Shown here piece after piece: positions 21,964 to 33,579 of a stretch of DNA of 64,000 nt (the stretch's first letter is position 1; each line of letters opens with the position of its first letter). The notes beneath the pieces were generated by a model that did no database searches, was not told where the DNA came from, and saw nothing but the letters and a program-made list of their open reading frames with translations. The stretch is from Perkinsela sp. CCAP 1560/9 (lineage: Eukaryota; Protista; Euglenozoa: Kinetoplastea). The position numbers and the translations under genes were made by a program. The stretch lies in assembly GCA_965644495.1 (NCBI GenBank), contig CBFFSA010000012.1:394850-458849 (forward strand), given 5' to 3'.

Positions 21964-22763
21964 TTCGACAAAAGATTATGAATAATCTACTTTTTTGGGG
22001 GGGAAAGCTCGATTTTTCAGCAAACATTGCGAAATTTTACACCGAATTTGGGCCGTTTTGGATGCCTTACCAGTAGGGGTAAGAGGCGAATCTGACGAAA
22101 ACGACGTAGAATGGTAGCCCCCCATGGATCTTACAAAAAACTCGATCTTACATATAAATAACTCGATCAGCATGCATACTTCTTATTCTACATATAAATG
22201 CTTTAATTACTTTCACAAGTTCTCAGTCTTAGATTCGGAGTCAGTGCACTAGCGGAGGCGCATTGTTCCGCGTTTTAGAAGGCATATTCCCGACTTTTAT
22301 CTTCCTTGCGAAGGTATCGATTTAGCTGTGAATATGCTACCGCCCCGTTAAGCTCCTGCAGCAATAACTAAAATTCGGTGTAGACCCGTTTGCGCTGCAT
22401 TCCACAGGCATCTGCGAGGGCATCCATAAGAGCCTTCGTGTTTGAATGCATTGCACCCCCTGAGAGGACATTGAAAGCTTTCGGCCATGATCTTCCCGGT
22501 CTTGACATACATGTGTAACATACATACTGTATGTGTAATGTTTTCGTCGACAGGCGTCGTGGAATAAATGTGCACACTTCGTGTCAAGGTTTGAGGGTGC
22601 CAGTTCGTGGATGACTGTTAGATCGTAGTGTACGTAGTATACACACTCTTTTTTTCGAATTCATCTTTTATCTTCAAAACGAATTGATACCAACACGACC
22701 TTCCTTGTATTTTTTTCACAAAAACGGCCACTTTCTCCTTAGTCTTTTTTCTCTTCTTCCTAC

Positions 22764-23627
22764 ATGCTCTGGTCTTTTTCCTTTTGCGACACCTTACCTC
22801 ACATCCCCCCCTCGCGTCCCGCCAAAGTGAGTCTTGCGAATCTTCCACACGAGTACGAACTCGCACGTTTGATCCGAGACGTCCAACCCCACTCTCCATC
22901 CTGGACCACAGACACTCGTGCGTGTCAGTGGTACGGGGTGAAATGTGACACCACAGGGGCTGTGCTGGAAATTCGATGGATTTATCAAAATCTTGTCGGC
23001 CCTCTTCACTTTGTTCACCTCCCACGAACCGTAAAAACGTTTCGAGTGATTGAGAATGCGTTAAACGGTGCTGTTGAACTGACAGCGTTGCCGCGCAGTC
23101 TTCACACATTAGGCCTCTCGTATAACCGTTTTTCCGGGAGTTTAGATTTGACGGCTCTCCCCAACGGTGTGCAGTTTCTATATCTCAATGAAAACGGGTT
23201 TACGGAAAACGTTTGTTTAAGTGAGCTACCGGTACAACTGGTACGGTTGTATCTACAGAACAATCAACTCACGGGGTCAATAGACCTCACTTCACTCCCC
23301 AACAAGATGATGTATTTATTGTTACGTCATAATCTGTTCTCGGGAGAGGTCTCTTTGCATTATCTTCCGCCCGATTTTTTTGAACTCTCACTTCACCATA
23401 ACTTTTTTACGGGGGGCTTATCGCTTACCCAGCTATCTCCTCGACTAAACTACATGGACATAAATGATAACGTATTAGTGGGGCCTGTGGATGTTAGAGA
23501 CCTTCCAAAGTTTTTACGTTGTCTGGATTTGTCAAACAACATTGGGCTATATGGAGAAGTGAGGCGAAGCGAAATTCCGGGAACCATGGATCTTTGTGTC
23601 AAGAATACAAAGATTGTCATCTTTTAG
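22764..23627 (+). CDS. Leucine-rich repeat protein (KVR-leader family)
   Basis: AKVSLANLPHEYEL, ACQWYGVKC, LRRs. Confidence 0.9.
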   Translation: MLWSFSFCDTLPHIPPSRPAKVSLANLPHEYELARLIRDVQPHSPSWTTDTRACQWYGVKCDTTGAVLEIRWIYQNLVGPLHFVHLPRTVKTFRVIENALNGAVELTALPRSLHTLGLSYNRFSGSLDLTALPNGVQFLYLNENGFTENVCLSELPVQLVRLYLQNNQLTGSIDLTSLPNKMMYLLLRHNLFSGEVSLHYLPPDFFELSLHHNFFTGGLSLTQLSPRLNYMDINDNVLVGPVDVRDLPKFLRCLDLSNNIGLYGEVRRSEIPGTMDLCVKNTKIVIF

Positions 23628-24400
23628 GGGTCGTTTAAAACACTGTTCCTTATTGCTCCTGCGCAAAAACAGCTACATGTAGCTTTGCACGTGTCGAGAT
23701 ACGCACATAAAGGTTCAAAGTACGAACATCACCCTAAAATACCACCCTTTTGCGTCGACAGAAACTGTGTCAAATCTTTGCCAAATTAGTTTCTGCAAAA
23801 ACTACACTAGCATGTGTCGGCCTTGATATGCCTTGAACGAACGATGATTGATAATGGGCGAACTTAGATCATATCTGAGGCTTAACACTTCTTAAACCTA
23901 CGGTGTTTAATTAAAGATGGTTATTTTTCGGCTCCATTTTATTTTTAATTGTTTCTTCCAGGGGTCCGAATAACTATAAAACTTTATTATAGGTACTTTA
24001 AAGTAACTATATTATTTTTCCCTACCTTTATCTACCTTTATTTTTTTGTCAATGATTCGCACTGTACTATTTTGTTGAAATTTTTCAATGCGTGGGCGCT
24101 CGGGTAATAGAGAAAGTCAAGCTAAATTTGTCCAGCCTTATTAGCAATAAGACCTACTACTTACAAGGAGGTGGAGGCCGGAAAACGATTTCTGAATGTC
24201 GGCTCTGTAGTTCACCGGGAAAGCGGAACTTTGTTTACGAAAAATGCACTCGGACCTCATACTCTTCAGCCCTAGGTCATAGTGAAGGAGAAGAGAGTCA
24301 GAAAGTGGGAGACGGAAAATGCTGTTGAAAATGCAGCTTGATGTCAAGTCCTATAAACCTTTCAAATGTATTTGAAACCATGGGAGACTGTGCAAGTCTT

Positions 24401-24443
24401 GGTTGGCATGAATTGGCACAAGTTGGCATGAGTTGGCATGAGT
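24401..24443. repeat. Subterminal 10-bp tandem array (TTGGCATGAG-like), left
   Basis: About four units seen directly. Confidence 0.85.
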
Positions 24444-24582
24444 AGCCATATTTTTGTTTTATCAGCCAATTTAAATCTTTTTTCGGTGCGTTCTGCAAAG
24501 TTTAGTTACAAATGTATATTCGTTAAAATTCATCTAAAGAGTTCGGTATTCAAGTTTTTTTATTCTTTGCACCACATCACTT

Positions 24583-25251
24583 ATGTCATTCCAAGCATCA
24601 ATCTATCGCCAGATGTGCAAAGGAAAATGTCAGAAAATGACACCGTTCACTCTTCCCACCGAAGGTCGATCATCGTTTTGTGTTTATTGCAAATGGTGTG
24701 TCGATTCCGAGCAGCACAGAGATGTATGTGTGCAATGCTTGCAGTATGGGGTATTCAACGGTTCTGATGTTTGTGCGACTTGTGGGCAATCACAAGTCGT
24801 TGAATCTTTTTCTCCTCCCCTCCTTCAGGAATTATTGTCATCCGATCTGGACCTTGAATCAGTAAAGCGCACATCCAGCCAATTCTTTCGGAAGACTGTC
24901 TTGGGGTTGCGATTTACTTTTTCGCATGTGGCGTATGCCCTGATTGCGTGCAAAGCCAGCATTGACTGGGCTGATGACGGAACTAAATTTTTGCGGACAG
25001 GCATTAACTACGCCAAAAAGTTCCGATTGTCTGTGAGTTCTAAAGACGAACGTGACATGGCGACAGTTTTAAAAAACATTTGGAATAGCTTTGTTGGAGA
25101 TTTGAATCGAAGGCGTGTGACGATTCGGTCCGATCTAAAGTCTAGAATCATCGAGAAGCTGTCCGTGCATGAAGAGAATAGTGCGAAGGCTAAGAGGAAG
25201 GAAGAGGACAAAAAGGCGAAAGTTCATGTGGAAAGTATTAATTTAGTTTAA
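24583..25251 (+). CDS. Cys-rich hypothetical ORF of the transposon
   Basis: Several CxxC pairs (CKGKC, CVYC, CVQC, CATC); lies inside the TIRs upstream of the transposase fragment. Confidence 0.5.
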   Translation: MSFQASIYRQMCKGKCQKMTPFTLPTEGRSSFCVYCKWCVDSEQHRDVCVQCLQYGVFNGSDVCATCGQSQVVESFSPPLLQELLSSDLDLESVKRTSSQFFRKTVLGLRFTFSHVAYALIACKASIDWADDGTKFLRTGINYAKKFRLSVSSKDERDMATVLKNIWNSFVGDLNRRRVTIRSDLKSRIIEKLSVHEENSAKAKRKEEDKKAKVHVESINLV

Positions 25252-25500
25252 TTTCCATAGGTGATGTTAAGTTCGAAGTTGTGAAGCTAGCTGTGAAGTC
25301 TTTAACCAAAAAACTGACGTTATTTATAATACGCTATTACAATAATATGTGTAAATTCATAAATAATACTTAATAAAAAAGTACTTAAAAATAATAGAGA
25401 GCTTAAAAACTAACTAACATTCTCGAACTATGTCAAAAGCCGTTTCTGAACTTGACGTTTGTGGTGTATCGAGTAATCTTTACAAGTCGTATCGAGTAAT

Positions 25501-26094
25501 CTTTACACGGGGGCGACTAACGATAGCGTAATTTTGGAACATTCTAAATTCTTACCATTCTTACAACAATATCGAAAACGTGCGTTTGTTGATGGGGGGT
25601 TCAAAAAGTCAGATCTCCATATCATTCCTCATAGAGCGACTGCAATTTGGCCGAAGAAACCTCTTGGAAAATCACGAAGTGCTTATGAGCAAGAAGCTTT
25701 GACTAAGCTCCAATACAACGAAAACATTGCCCATTTTCGTTCACGCATTGAGCATGTTTTTGGCCGAACTTTCATTGGCCGATGGCTGGCACTAAAAAAT
25801 TGGACGCATTCTTTTGATTTGCTAGGAGACTGCTTCAAAGCAGCCCTCATTATACATAACCTAGAAGCTTACCTGCGCTACGAATGGGGTGGGAAGTTTC
25901 CTCGATTTTTGACAACTGAGGAGAAACGCGTCATTCAATCCAAAATCTCTGCTTGTGAAACACAGCGCAAGCGTTACCCCCAGCCCGACGCCCCAGCACC
26001 GCAACAGACGACTTTACATTCATTCTTTAAGGGACAGTGGACCCCCATAGTTATAGACGATGATGATAGCACCGACGAGGGGGCGCTCGAGTAA
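25501..26094 (+). pseudogene. C-terminal part of a PIF/Harbinger-IS5-type (DDE_Tnp_4-like) transposase
   Basis: YTGATNDSVIL, AFVDGGF, YNENIAHFRSRIEHVFG, RWLALK and IIHNL; the first catalytic Asp region is missing. Confidence 0.8.
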
Positions 26095-26254
26095 TACTGC
26101 ATGAAGAAAAAATCTATAGCTTCATCCCTCATATTATTAAGTTATTATTATATTGTTATGGATATTCCGTGGAGGGGGCATTGAGGTCCAGGGTATGAAA
26201 AAATGCATGTGATTTCTGTATCCCTCATTATTCCCTCTCATTATTCCCAGTTCT

Positions 26255-26323
26255 GGTTGGCATGAGTTGGCACGAATTGGCATGAGTTGGCATGAATTGG
26301 CACAAGACGGCACGAGATGGCAC
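26255..26323. repeat. Subterminal 10-bp tandem array (TTGGCATGAG-like), right
   Basis: About seven degenerate units just inside the right TIR. Confidence 0.85.
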
Positions 26324-26886
26324 CGGTTAGCTGCACAGTCTCCATGGTATAACGGAAGTGTGATCATGGAGTATGAAACGCGGCCATTCAGGATCCATTG
26401 TTGCAGACACTGGAAATTCCAATGGTAGAACAACATGTTCAATATGCGTCTTGTGTTCTGGAAATGCTACAATCTGGAGTCAAGTGGTAGTGGAAAATTT
26501 AGAAGCAGAAACATTGATAACATTGTTCAACAATGTAATCGTTGATATCGCATGTCTTATCAACGACGATTAGAGAAGGCCTGGTGGAAGTGTTTTCCAC
26601 GTCTGACGCTGATGAAGCTTGTTCGGCACTATAACTGCCTGAAAACTATACCTGTGCAAGATTGTTTCCTATGCATTTTAGGTAATCAGAAAAATCATTC
26701 CCTCCAACAAGGCCTACTCTCCGCGACCCGAGCAACCAGACTGCACAGATTCCCCACCCAAATTGCACAAAAAGTCGACCGCTGAAACTATAGGTACACC
26801 TATATATTAACTATATAAAGTTATTCGGACCCCTGGTTTCTTCTTGCTTTTTTAGCTTCTTTTCTTTAAAGGGAAACGACATCTCT

Positions 26887-27552
26887 ATGGTTATTCGAAA
26901 GGAAGGCAAATCGAAACGTCCTTTGTCCTCTCCTGGCCGTAAGAGGACACAACCCACTCCTCGCACTTCTCCAACAGACTCCCCAACAAAAACCCAATCT
27001 ACGCACACATTCGAAGATACGAAAGAAGAGCCTCTTACGTTAGAACTGTTGTCTTCTCTCTATCACGCACTGTTGGATGATTCTTCTGTATTGCCGCGAG
27101 AGGTTTGTGGAAAAATACGACGCATCGGCTCTCTGGATCATAAATTACGTGCCGCACTACACACATTGCTCATTTATACGGAATCGGATGTAAATGTTAA
27201 CTTTCCGGACGCCTTTAGTGATTATTCAAACGAAATTGTAGAGGCATCAAAAGGGACAACATCACAAAACATTGCCGATAGCTCTCCTTGTGAGATCGGA
27301 CCTCTTCCAAACGATTTAGAATCTACTAAGAACATCTCTACACAATCGGATACGATAAAATATGAACACATCAACTTGGGTGACCTTCCATCAAGTATCG
27401 AAGGAGGCGTAGTTACCGAGCTTGAAGACCAGGTTTTGGAATTCGCGCTCGAAAAAGAAACTTTAGCAACGGAGGCGTTGGGCTTATGTCACGCAATTCA
27501 ACTCAAAATCCTTGATTGTTTAGAAAAATGCAAAGCTATTTCTTCCACATAA
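26887..27552 (+). CDS. Hypothetical protein
   Basis: 221-aa ATG ORF on the gene strand after a pyrimidine tract; no recognisable motif. Confidence 0.5.
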   Translation: MVIRKEGKSKRPLSSPGRKRTQPTPRTSPTDSPTKTQSTHTFEDTKEEPLTLELLSSLYHALLDDSSVLPREVCGKIRRIGSLDHKLRAALHTLLIYTESDVNVNFPDAFSDYSNEIVEASKGTTSQNIADSSPCEIGPLPNDLESTKNISTQSDTIKYEHINLGDLPSSIEGGVVTELEDQVLEFALEKETLATEALGLCHAIQLKILDCLEKCKAISST

Positions 27553-27975
27553 TCAATTTTCTTCCCTCTGGTACTTTAAAACCATTCCCTTTCCAACCCC
27601 CTTATTGTAAAATCCCAAAACCACAAATTCACTTTTTCCTAAATTTCAAAACTTTTTCCCTCCTATTCGTATTTCTCCCCCATGTCTCTCCAACCCCAAT
27701 CCCCTTACCCCCTCCGAAAACCTTGCCATTCATCTTTGAACCGAAACTTGTGACGACTCCCCGAAGGTACTCCAACCTGCCAAAAACCACATGCCAAATC
27801 CCGTTTCACCGCACTTTCCTCCTTAGCGCGGTGAATACAACATACAGCATGTCTAACGGGAACGTACGCATTCCCTTCATGTCCTATCGTATAGTTGCAC
27901 TCGGAGCATGGTCACCCTGTCGCAGCTCTTGACGAATTATGTCTCGAATGGAATCTCGTGATCGATGGAGGGTGT

Positions 27976-28797
27976 TTACAATGACTCGTCAGCATTCCAA
28001 CCGTGCGATCCAACTTTACAAACCTGAGAAATCTCCGATACGTTCGATGGGACGTTCGATGGGACGTTCGACGGGACATGCCCTGCGGGTCCTGGTCTTT
28101 GTAAAGTGTACAAGATCCAAGTGTACCCTAGATCGGCCAAGAACATTTCGTCTTTGTGGTGAGTTAACAGAGGAGTTCGACGCACACTAGTATCTCTCTT
28201 ATAAATTTTGGCATCATGCATGCTGCCAACAACTGGTCCGCGAAAGAAGAATGGAACTCCGGCCAGAGTTAGCCAAACTTCCACCTTGATGCAGTGCTGC
28301 TGGTGCTTTCCCGAATAGGTGCTGTCTTGGGTGGTTCCATCAGGTGTTTCTCTCGGTTTCCCGAGAGATCCCGTGAACGACACGGGATCGTCGTGACGTC
28401 CAGCATGCAGGTTACGTCAGATAACCATGATACTCCCTGGGTAAACCGGAGCTCGGGGTTCATAAGCAGGGGTGAACGGCACACGAGTAAAATCATCCCG
28501 GAGAGTCCGAATTGAAATCAACGGGGCGTCCGGTGGGATCCACGCCCTTTGAACATCGTACAACTGTTCCCATGTGCAATTCAGAGAACAGATGCACAAT
28601 GATGACTGAACACGACGGTAATCCGTCTCCGTAACATCGGATCCATGCACACGTCGGAGCTCGTTGTAGAACTCCCGCACCTGTGCAGCCGAGATGCCAA
28701 ACATAGAGAGGGAATGAAACAATTGAAAGAAATTTCGATTTAGAAGCAAAATGAGTAGGGTTGTATTATAATTGGGCGGAAATATTTTAGCATGCAC
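27976..28797 (-). pseudogene. Frameshifted PIF/Harbinger-IS5-type transposase
   Basis: Motifs spread over three frames: MLDVTTIP, YSGKHQQHCIKVEV, GSMHDAKIY, FLADLGY. Confidence 0.8.
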
Positions 28798-29498
28798 TCG
28801 TAATTAGTGGAATGAAATAGCAATTAGTGGAATGAGCTAGTAATTGGGGATAATTGTAATTGCCGAAATCGGCGCTTCTTTCCTCGCAGCATCAAGATAA
28901 TCAATAGATAAAACTTTTTACTCACTCTTTTTAATGATTCTATATAAATAAGTTATTTTTTTAAAGAAAATATATAGAAACCATTTCAATAAAGAATTAC
29001 GTGGTACGATCGTCTAATTTATCTTTCATAAGTTATCCGAGAATCATTTGAGTCTACTTACCGCGTCCTCTGGGTTCTCTTCGGATTTCACGTATCGGAA
29101 TTTAATACAAATACCTCTCTTTTGGTTCATGGTTAAGACGCGTTTAAGCTCACCTGCAATGAAGTCGGATCGTGCTACAACCCCATTCTGGCCATTTTGA
29201 AACCGTGCTCTACTGATCTGTTGTCGGTTTATCGCTGAAAGTATATTGCAAATGCATCAATTAGTGTGAGGAGAATACAGGAAAAATACTCAAACTTTTT
29301 GCAAGATAAGATGTACTGCCTTTACAAACGGTGAAAATTCATAAAAATGAGAAAAGTTCGACCAACAAAAAGCTCTGTAGAAAGCCTTTTTTACAGGAAA
29401 ATGTACGACTTTTTCTTCAAAAAATAATTGGTATGGACTAATAAGGACTTTGCGTGGAACAGCATGCGACAAGGGATTAATTTTACTAGAATGAGACC

Positions 29499-30615
29499 TT
29501 AATAAGGTAGTTTCCGTCCCTCAGCCTCGATACACAAGCATAGACGTCGTTTGAAAGATGCATGCAATTTTTCAGAAAATTTCTTTGAGTCACTACTTTT
29601 TAGATATTTTTCACAGCTCTCTTCTATCTCTCTTATGGAGGACGGGTTTATATATAGAGGACTATATATAGAGAGGCTATATATATATAGAGGACGGGTT
29701 CTCCTGATTTTTGATTTGTTTGAGACGGCACCATAAATTCTCAATCGGATTCAAATCCGGGGAATCCGCAGGCCAAAAAGGCAGATGGGTCCCATTGACA
29801 GAAATGTATCCCCTCAAGCAAGAGGAAGTTCTCGATCTGGCGATCATACTTTCCCACCACAAAGAAGTAAGCTTAGAACGATGCGGAGGAGCTCCATCGT
29901 CCATGTAGATCGCCTGGGGATTTTTCCTGGCATATGGAATCCAATGATCCCGAAGAATCATCTTTCTATAATACATGCTGCCGAGCCCTTTCCCTTTTTG
30001 AGGCCCTTTTTGATTTTGACAAGCGTCATGGCGATAAAAGTGTTCAAAATCATCGCACCATCGAAATAGGATTTTCCCATTGGAATCAATTGCACCCCAG
30101 AGAAGGACTTTCGTGGGATGATGGGTTCGACTCCTTGCAACAGGATCTGTTGGAGATTGCCATGCTGAGCGTGACAAATCACCCGCATGAATGTACACCT
30201 CGTCACTAAAGCACAAATTTTTCTAAAAGGTGCCCCCTGTCACTTCATCTTCTTTAAGCAGTGCGCGACAGAAATTCACACGGGCCTCCCTTTTCTCGGC
30301 AGAAAGATGAAGCGTACTAATTTTGGACCTAAACTTGTAATCACAATATGTAAGCAGAGCACGCATGCGATGCCGCGAGATAACAAATTGGTGTCCGGAT
30401 GCTTCGGCCATTGCACACATCAGTCTGTTCAAAGTGCGATGGACAGGATTGGCCGCCATTATCTGGGGCAGCAAGACTCTGGCATTCTCAAAGTGTTCCC
30501 ATTCCAGTAGCGTATTAGCGGTTTCTTTCACTTTTTCGATTCTACCATCAGCTGAAGAATGAGTCATCAGCAAACGATGACAAGTCGCTTTATTGAGAGT
30601 AAGCGTATGACACAA
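29499..30615 (-). pseudogene. Tc1/IS630-type transposase pseudogene (DD51E)
   Basis: F*KNLCFSDE (TAG at 30223-30225 where Trp is expected), VLLWGAI, MDDGAPPH, WPADSPDLNPIENLW; C-terminal SFKRRLCLCIEAEGRKLPY follows a 52-bp insertion. Confidence 0.9.
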
Positions 30616-30653
30616 CTGTGCTTAGGTAAAAAGTCTTGTGCTGTGCAAAACTT

Positions 30654-31043
30654 TCAAAGCGACGACTCCCGTTTCGGATAAGCTTCCCCTTCTTTCCATA
30701 TAACCGGAAGTCCATTCAGGTGCGTCGTTTTGCGCTTCATAGGTCGGCCGCGTTTCCGCTTAGAGTTCTGGCCCGAGATTTGAGAGGCTAACCGTGTTCT
30801 AAGAACAGCCATCGCGGTCAGAAGGGAATGCTGATCCTTCAAAACAGAGTTATGTTTCTTTTTAAGCTCATCGTATTTCTCTTGGAGCTCGAAGTGTTCT
30901 CTTTTTAGAAGATTGTATTCAATATGTATTGCTTCTAATTTTACTCGAAGACGATGAGCTTCAGCTTTGTGCTTTTCCTTTTCGCGTTCTACGCGTCGTA
31001 AGCGCGTGTTCAATTTTCGAATTCGCGTTTTCGCCTTCCTCAT
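30654..31043 (-). other. Coiled-coil ORF with KRKRGRP motif, probably part of the Tc1-like element
   Basis: Heptad-like L/K/E pattern; GRP motif typical of Tc1 DNA-binding linkers; directly upstream of the transposase core. Confidence 0.4.
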
Positions 31044-31645
31044 TTCCTTAGAGCTCGAGTGGAGAGAATGGCGGGCGCTGCGAATATCAGGTTGTGGATC
31101 AGAGGCTCAGTAGGTGGAACATCAGGGGCCTGAGGGTCAATAGGTGGAACATCAGAGGGTTGAGAGTCAATAGGTGGAACATCAGAGGGTTGAGAGTCAA
31201 TAGGTGGAACATCAGAGGGTTGAGAGTCAATAGGTGGAACATCAGAGGGTTGAGAGTCAATAGGTGGAACATCAGAGGGTTGAGAGTCAATAGATGGAAC
31301 ATCAGGGAGCTGAGGGTCAATAGGTGGATCATCAGAGGGATGAGGGTGGGAAGTTCGTGGATTGGAGGACTGAGGTCGAAACATTTGGCATAGGCCTTCT
31401 GCTGCTTCGATAAGCCGGATGTCAAAGCATTTTTCAGGTTCCACGAAATTCGGATGAACTGGATAAAGATGATTATCATCTTGGACAGAGCCCTGTATTT
31501 CTTGATTTATTTTGAAAAGAGTCTCTTCTTCAAAAAAATCAGACTCAGAGTCCGATATGTCCGAGTCTGTTGACCCATCTTCTGGATCCCAGTTCGGATC
31601 ATCCTCTGAATCAGAGCTTGCGTACTCCGGTGAGTGCGAAGACAA
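31040..31645 (-). other. Acidic ORF with PPIDSQPSDV repeats, probably part of the Tc1-like element
   Basis: ATG ORF whose stop overlaps the next ATG; contains the 30-bp repeat in frame. Confidence 0.4.
31111..31348. repeat. 30-bp minisatellite, about 8 units (TAGGTGGAACATCAGAGGGTTGAGAGTCAA)
   Basis: Seen directly; the central units are identical. Confidence 0.97.
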
Positions 31646-32677
31646 TGATGAAACGTCAGAAGAGCCTGATCGGCAAACTGTTGAATTTTTGGAATTGCTC
31701 TCCGAAGTGGCCTCCGAACTCGTGTACTCCTAGTTCGTGTAACCTGAGCTCATGCTATCAGAGCTCCCATGCGCCCTGGGAGATATGTGTGACATGGACA
31801 TCGTATAAAAAAAAGTACTTGTTAATCAAGTTTTGTAAAAAGCGTATGTCAAACAAATTTAGTTCAGCAAAAAAAAAGATTTTTTCAAACGTTAACGTAC
31901 GTCAATTTAAACTATTTTTCCGATCCTCTTGTGGTATTCCCATAAACTTAGCTTTTTACAGAACTAAAAACAAAGCTACGGTGCTCTCTATAGAACGGTT
32001 TCAAAATTTTGGGACGGAGTTGTACTTTGCGATTAAAAGCCGCCTGGCAGGAAGTATTGTCAATGTATAAATCACTCGTAATTCGTCTCCCGATTCTAAC
32101 CATGGACGTGATCCCCACGTGAGGGGACCGTTAGCGGTAAAACGAGTAGGATCAGTAATAGGAGCAATAGGGTTTTTTTGGCTCGTCATTCGCCTTGCGA
32201 CCCCCCGGTATCTTAGCACGTACACGGCCAATTTCTAGCGAATAGTAATCAATGTCCAGCAATGTAAAATCATAGTCAACGGTTGGATCGTCATTCCATA
32301 CCGCTTCCATAGCACCCTACTCGTCACTCTTAAGACGGACGTTTCCAATGACGGTTTCACGCACAAGATCGCCACGAGGTCCCCACACCGCCTCAACTAA
32401 AGAGAGAACATGAAGATTATGCCCTCCATCGCCTGTTTTAGCAGCTCAAATGACATTGTGAGAACGTAGAAATCGTTCTACACCCAAGCCAAAAATTATT
32501 ATCGCTAAAATTCATGGCACAAAAATTATTGTTTTTTTAATTAAAAGTTGCATAGCTTCGGCAATATTAAAAACTCAATAATATTAGTCGGCAGTGTAAA
32601 ACAAGTGCAAGAGAGTTAATTTTTTCTTTTTTTGCCAAAAAGGTGTGAAATAATGCTTCACTTTGACAAACACAATC

Positions 32678-33396
32678 AACTTGGCGGAAAAAAACGTATT
32701 TTTCCAAAATTGTTTTCCCTATTGTAGTTTGAGAGTTTGGGACCTACACTAGCCTTCTACACCGTTGTTTTCACAAGATACCCCTTCTTAGAGCAGCAGC
32801 ACGCCTCCCAAAATGACGCATTTTTGACCAAACCGTGCGAAAAAGTAATTTTCGGACCCAGCACAAGTGACTTAAGGCAAAACCTAATGGCAAAACAATT
32901 ATTTTTCCAAAATCGTTTGCCCTTTTGTATTTTGATAGTTTGGGACCTATACTAGCTTTCAATGCAGTTGTTTTCGCAAGATCTCTTCGAGACGTGGTAT
33001 GCCCGCGAAAATGTCCCATTTTTGACTAAAAAAGGTGAAAAAGTAATATTCGGACCCCAAGGGGCATTTTTGGGTCGAAAGAATGGTATGGTTGAAGTCG
33101 CATTCTCTACCAAATACGTTCTGTAGGCTTTGATTCGTGGCTACGAGTGATTTCCCGCACGAAAATGTCGGATTTAGTGCTCTGAGAGCAAAATTACCCA
33201 AAAATGACTCCATTTTTACCTGAAAATCGGCTATTTTGGGTATAATCTTTCCGTTTTCTTCAGCTTTCCAGGCCAAATTTTCTTTTTTAGGCTCTTCGTT
33301 AAACGCGGAGGTCGTTTTCAACTCGACACGCGCAGCACAAGTTACTTCTAAGTTGAAAACAACCACCGCATTTAACGAAGAGCCTAAAAAAGAAAA
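32678..33396 (-). mobile_element. Family A element, diverged copy with an internal duplication
   Basis: Reverse complement of about 12113-12635; the segment GGGACCTA(C/T)ACTAGC occurs twice (about 32740 and 32945). Confidence 0.85.
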
Positions 33397-33579
33397 TAGT
33401 TTATTGTGGTGGTTGTAAAACTACCGCTCATTGATTTTACAATTATAAATCAATTGAAATACAAACGAGCACGACCTTTTTGACCCCTTTTTTTCTCTCT
33501 CGTACTCTAAAACACGTTTTCACACCACAACCCTCATATCTATTTTTTTCCTTCAAAAACCCTTCCCTACCCCTCCCCC

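Larger units (their letters stand above)
24377..26348 (+). mobile_element. TIR-bounded PIF/Harbinger-IS5-like DNA transposon, internally damaged
   Basis: TIRs ACCATGGGAGACTGTGCA (24377-24394) and TGCACAGTCTCCATGGT (26332-26348); subterminal TTGGCATGAG decamer arrays at both ends; transposase fragment inside. Confidence 0.75.

Noticed and set aside
30123-30134. tRNA T-loop-like GGTTCGACTCC
   Set aside because: It lies inside the transposase coding region and no cloverleaf could be built around it.
4405-30225. TAG reassignment suggested by in-frame TAGs at 4405 and 30223
   Set aside because: TAG ends many genes at their expected C-termini (HYOU1 after KEEL, the PCNA-like gene, several LRRs), and long conserved ORFs contain no internal TAG. 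The 30223 case is a simple TGG to TAG change in a dead transposase.
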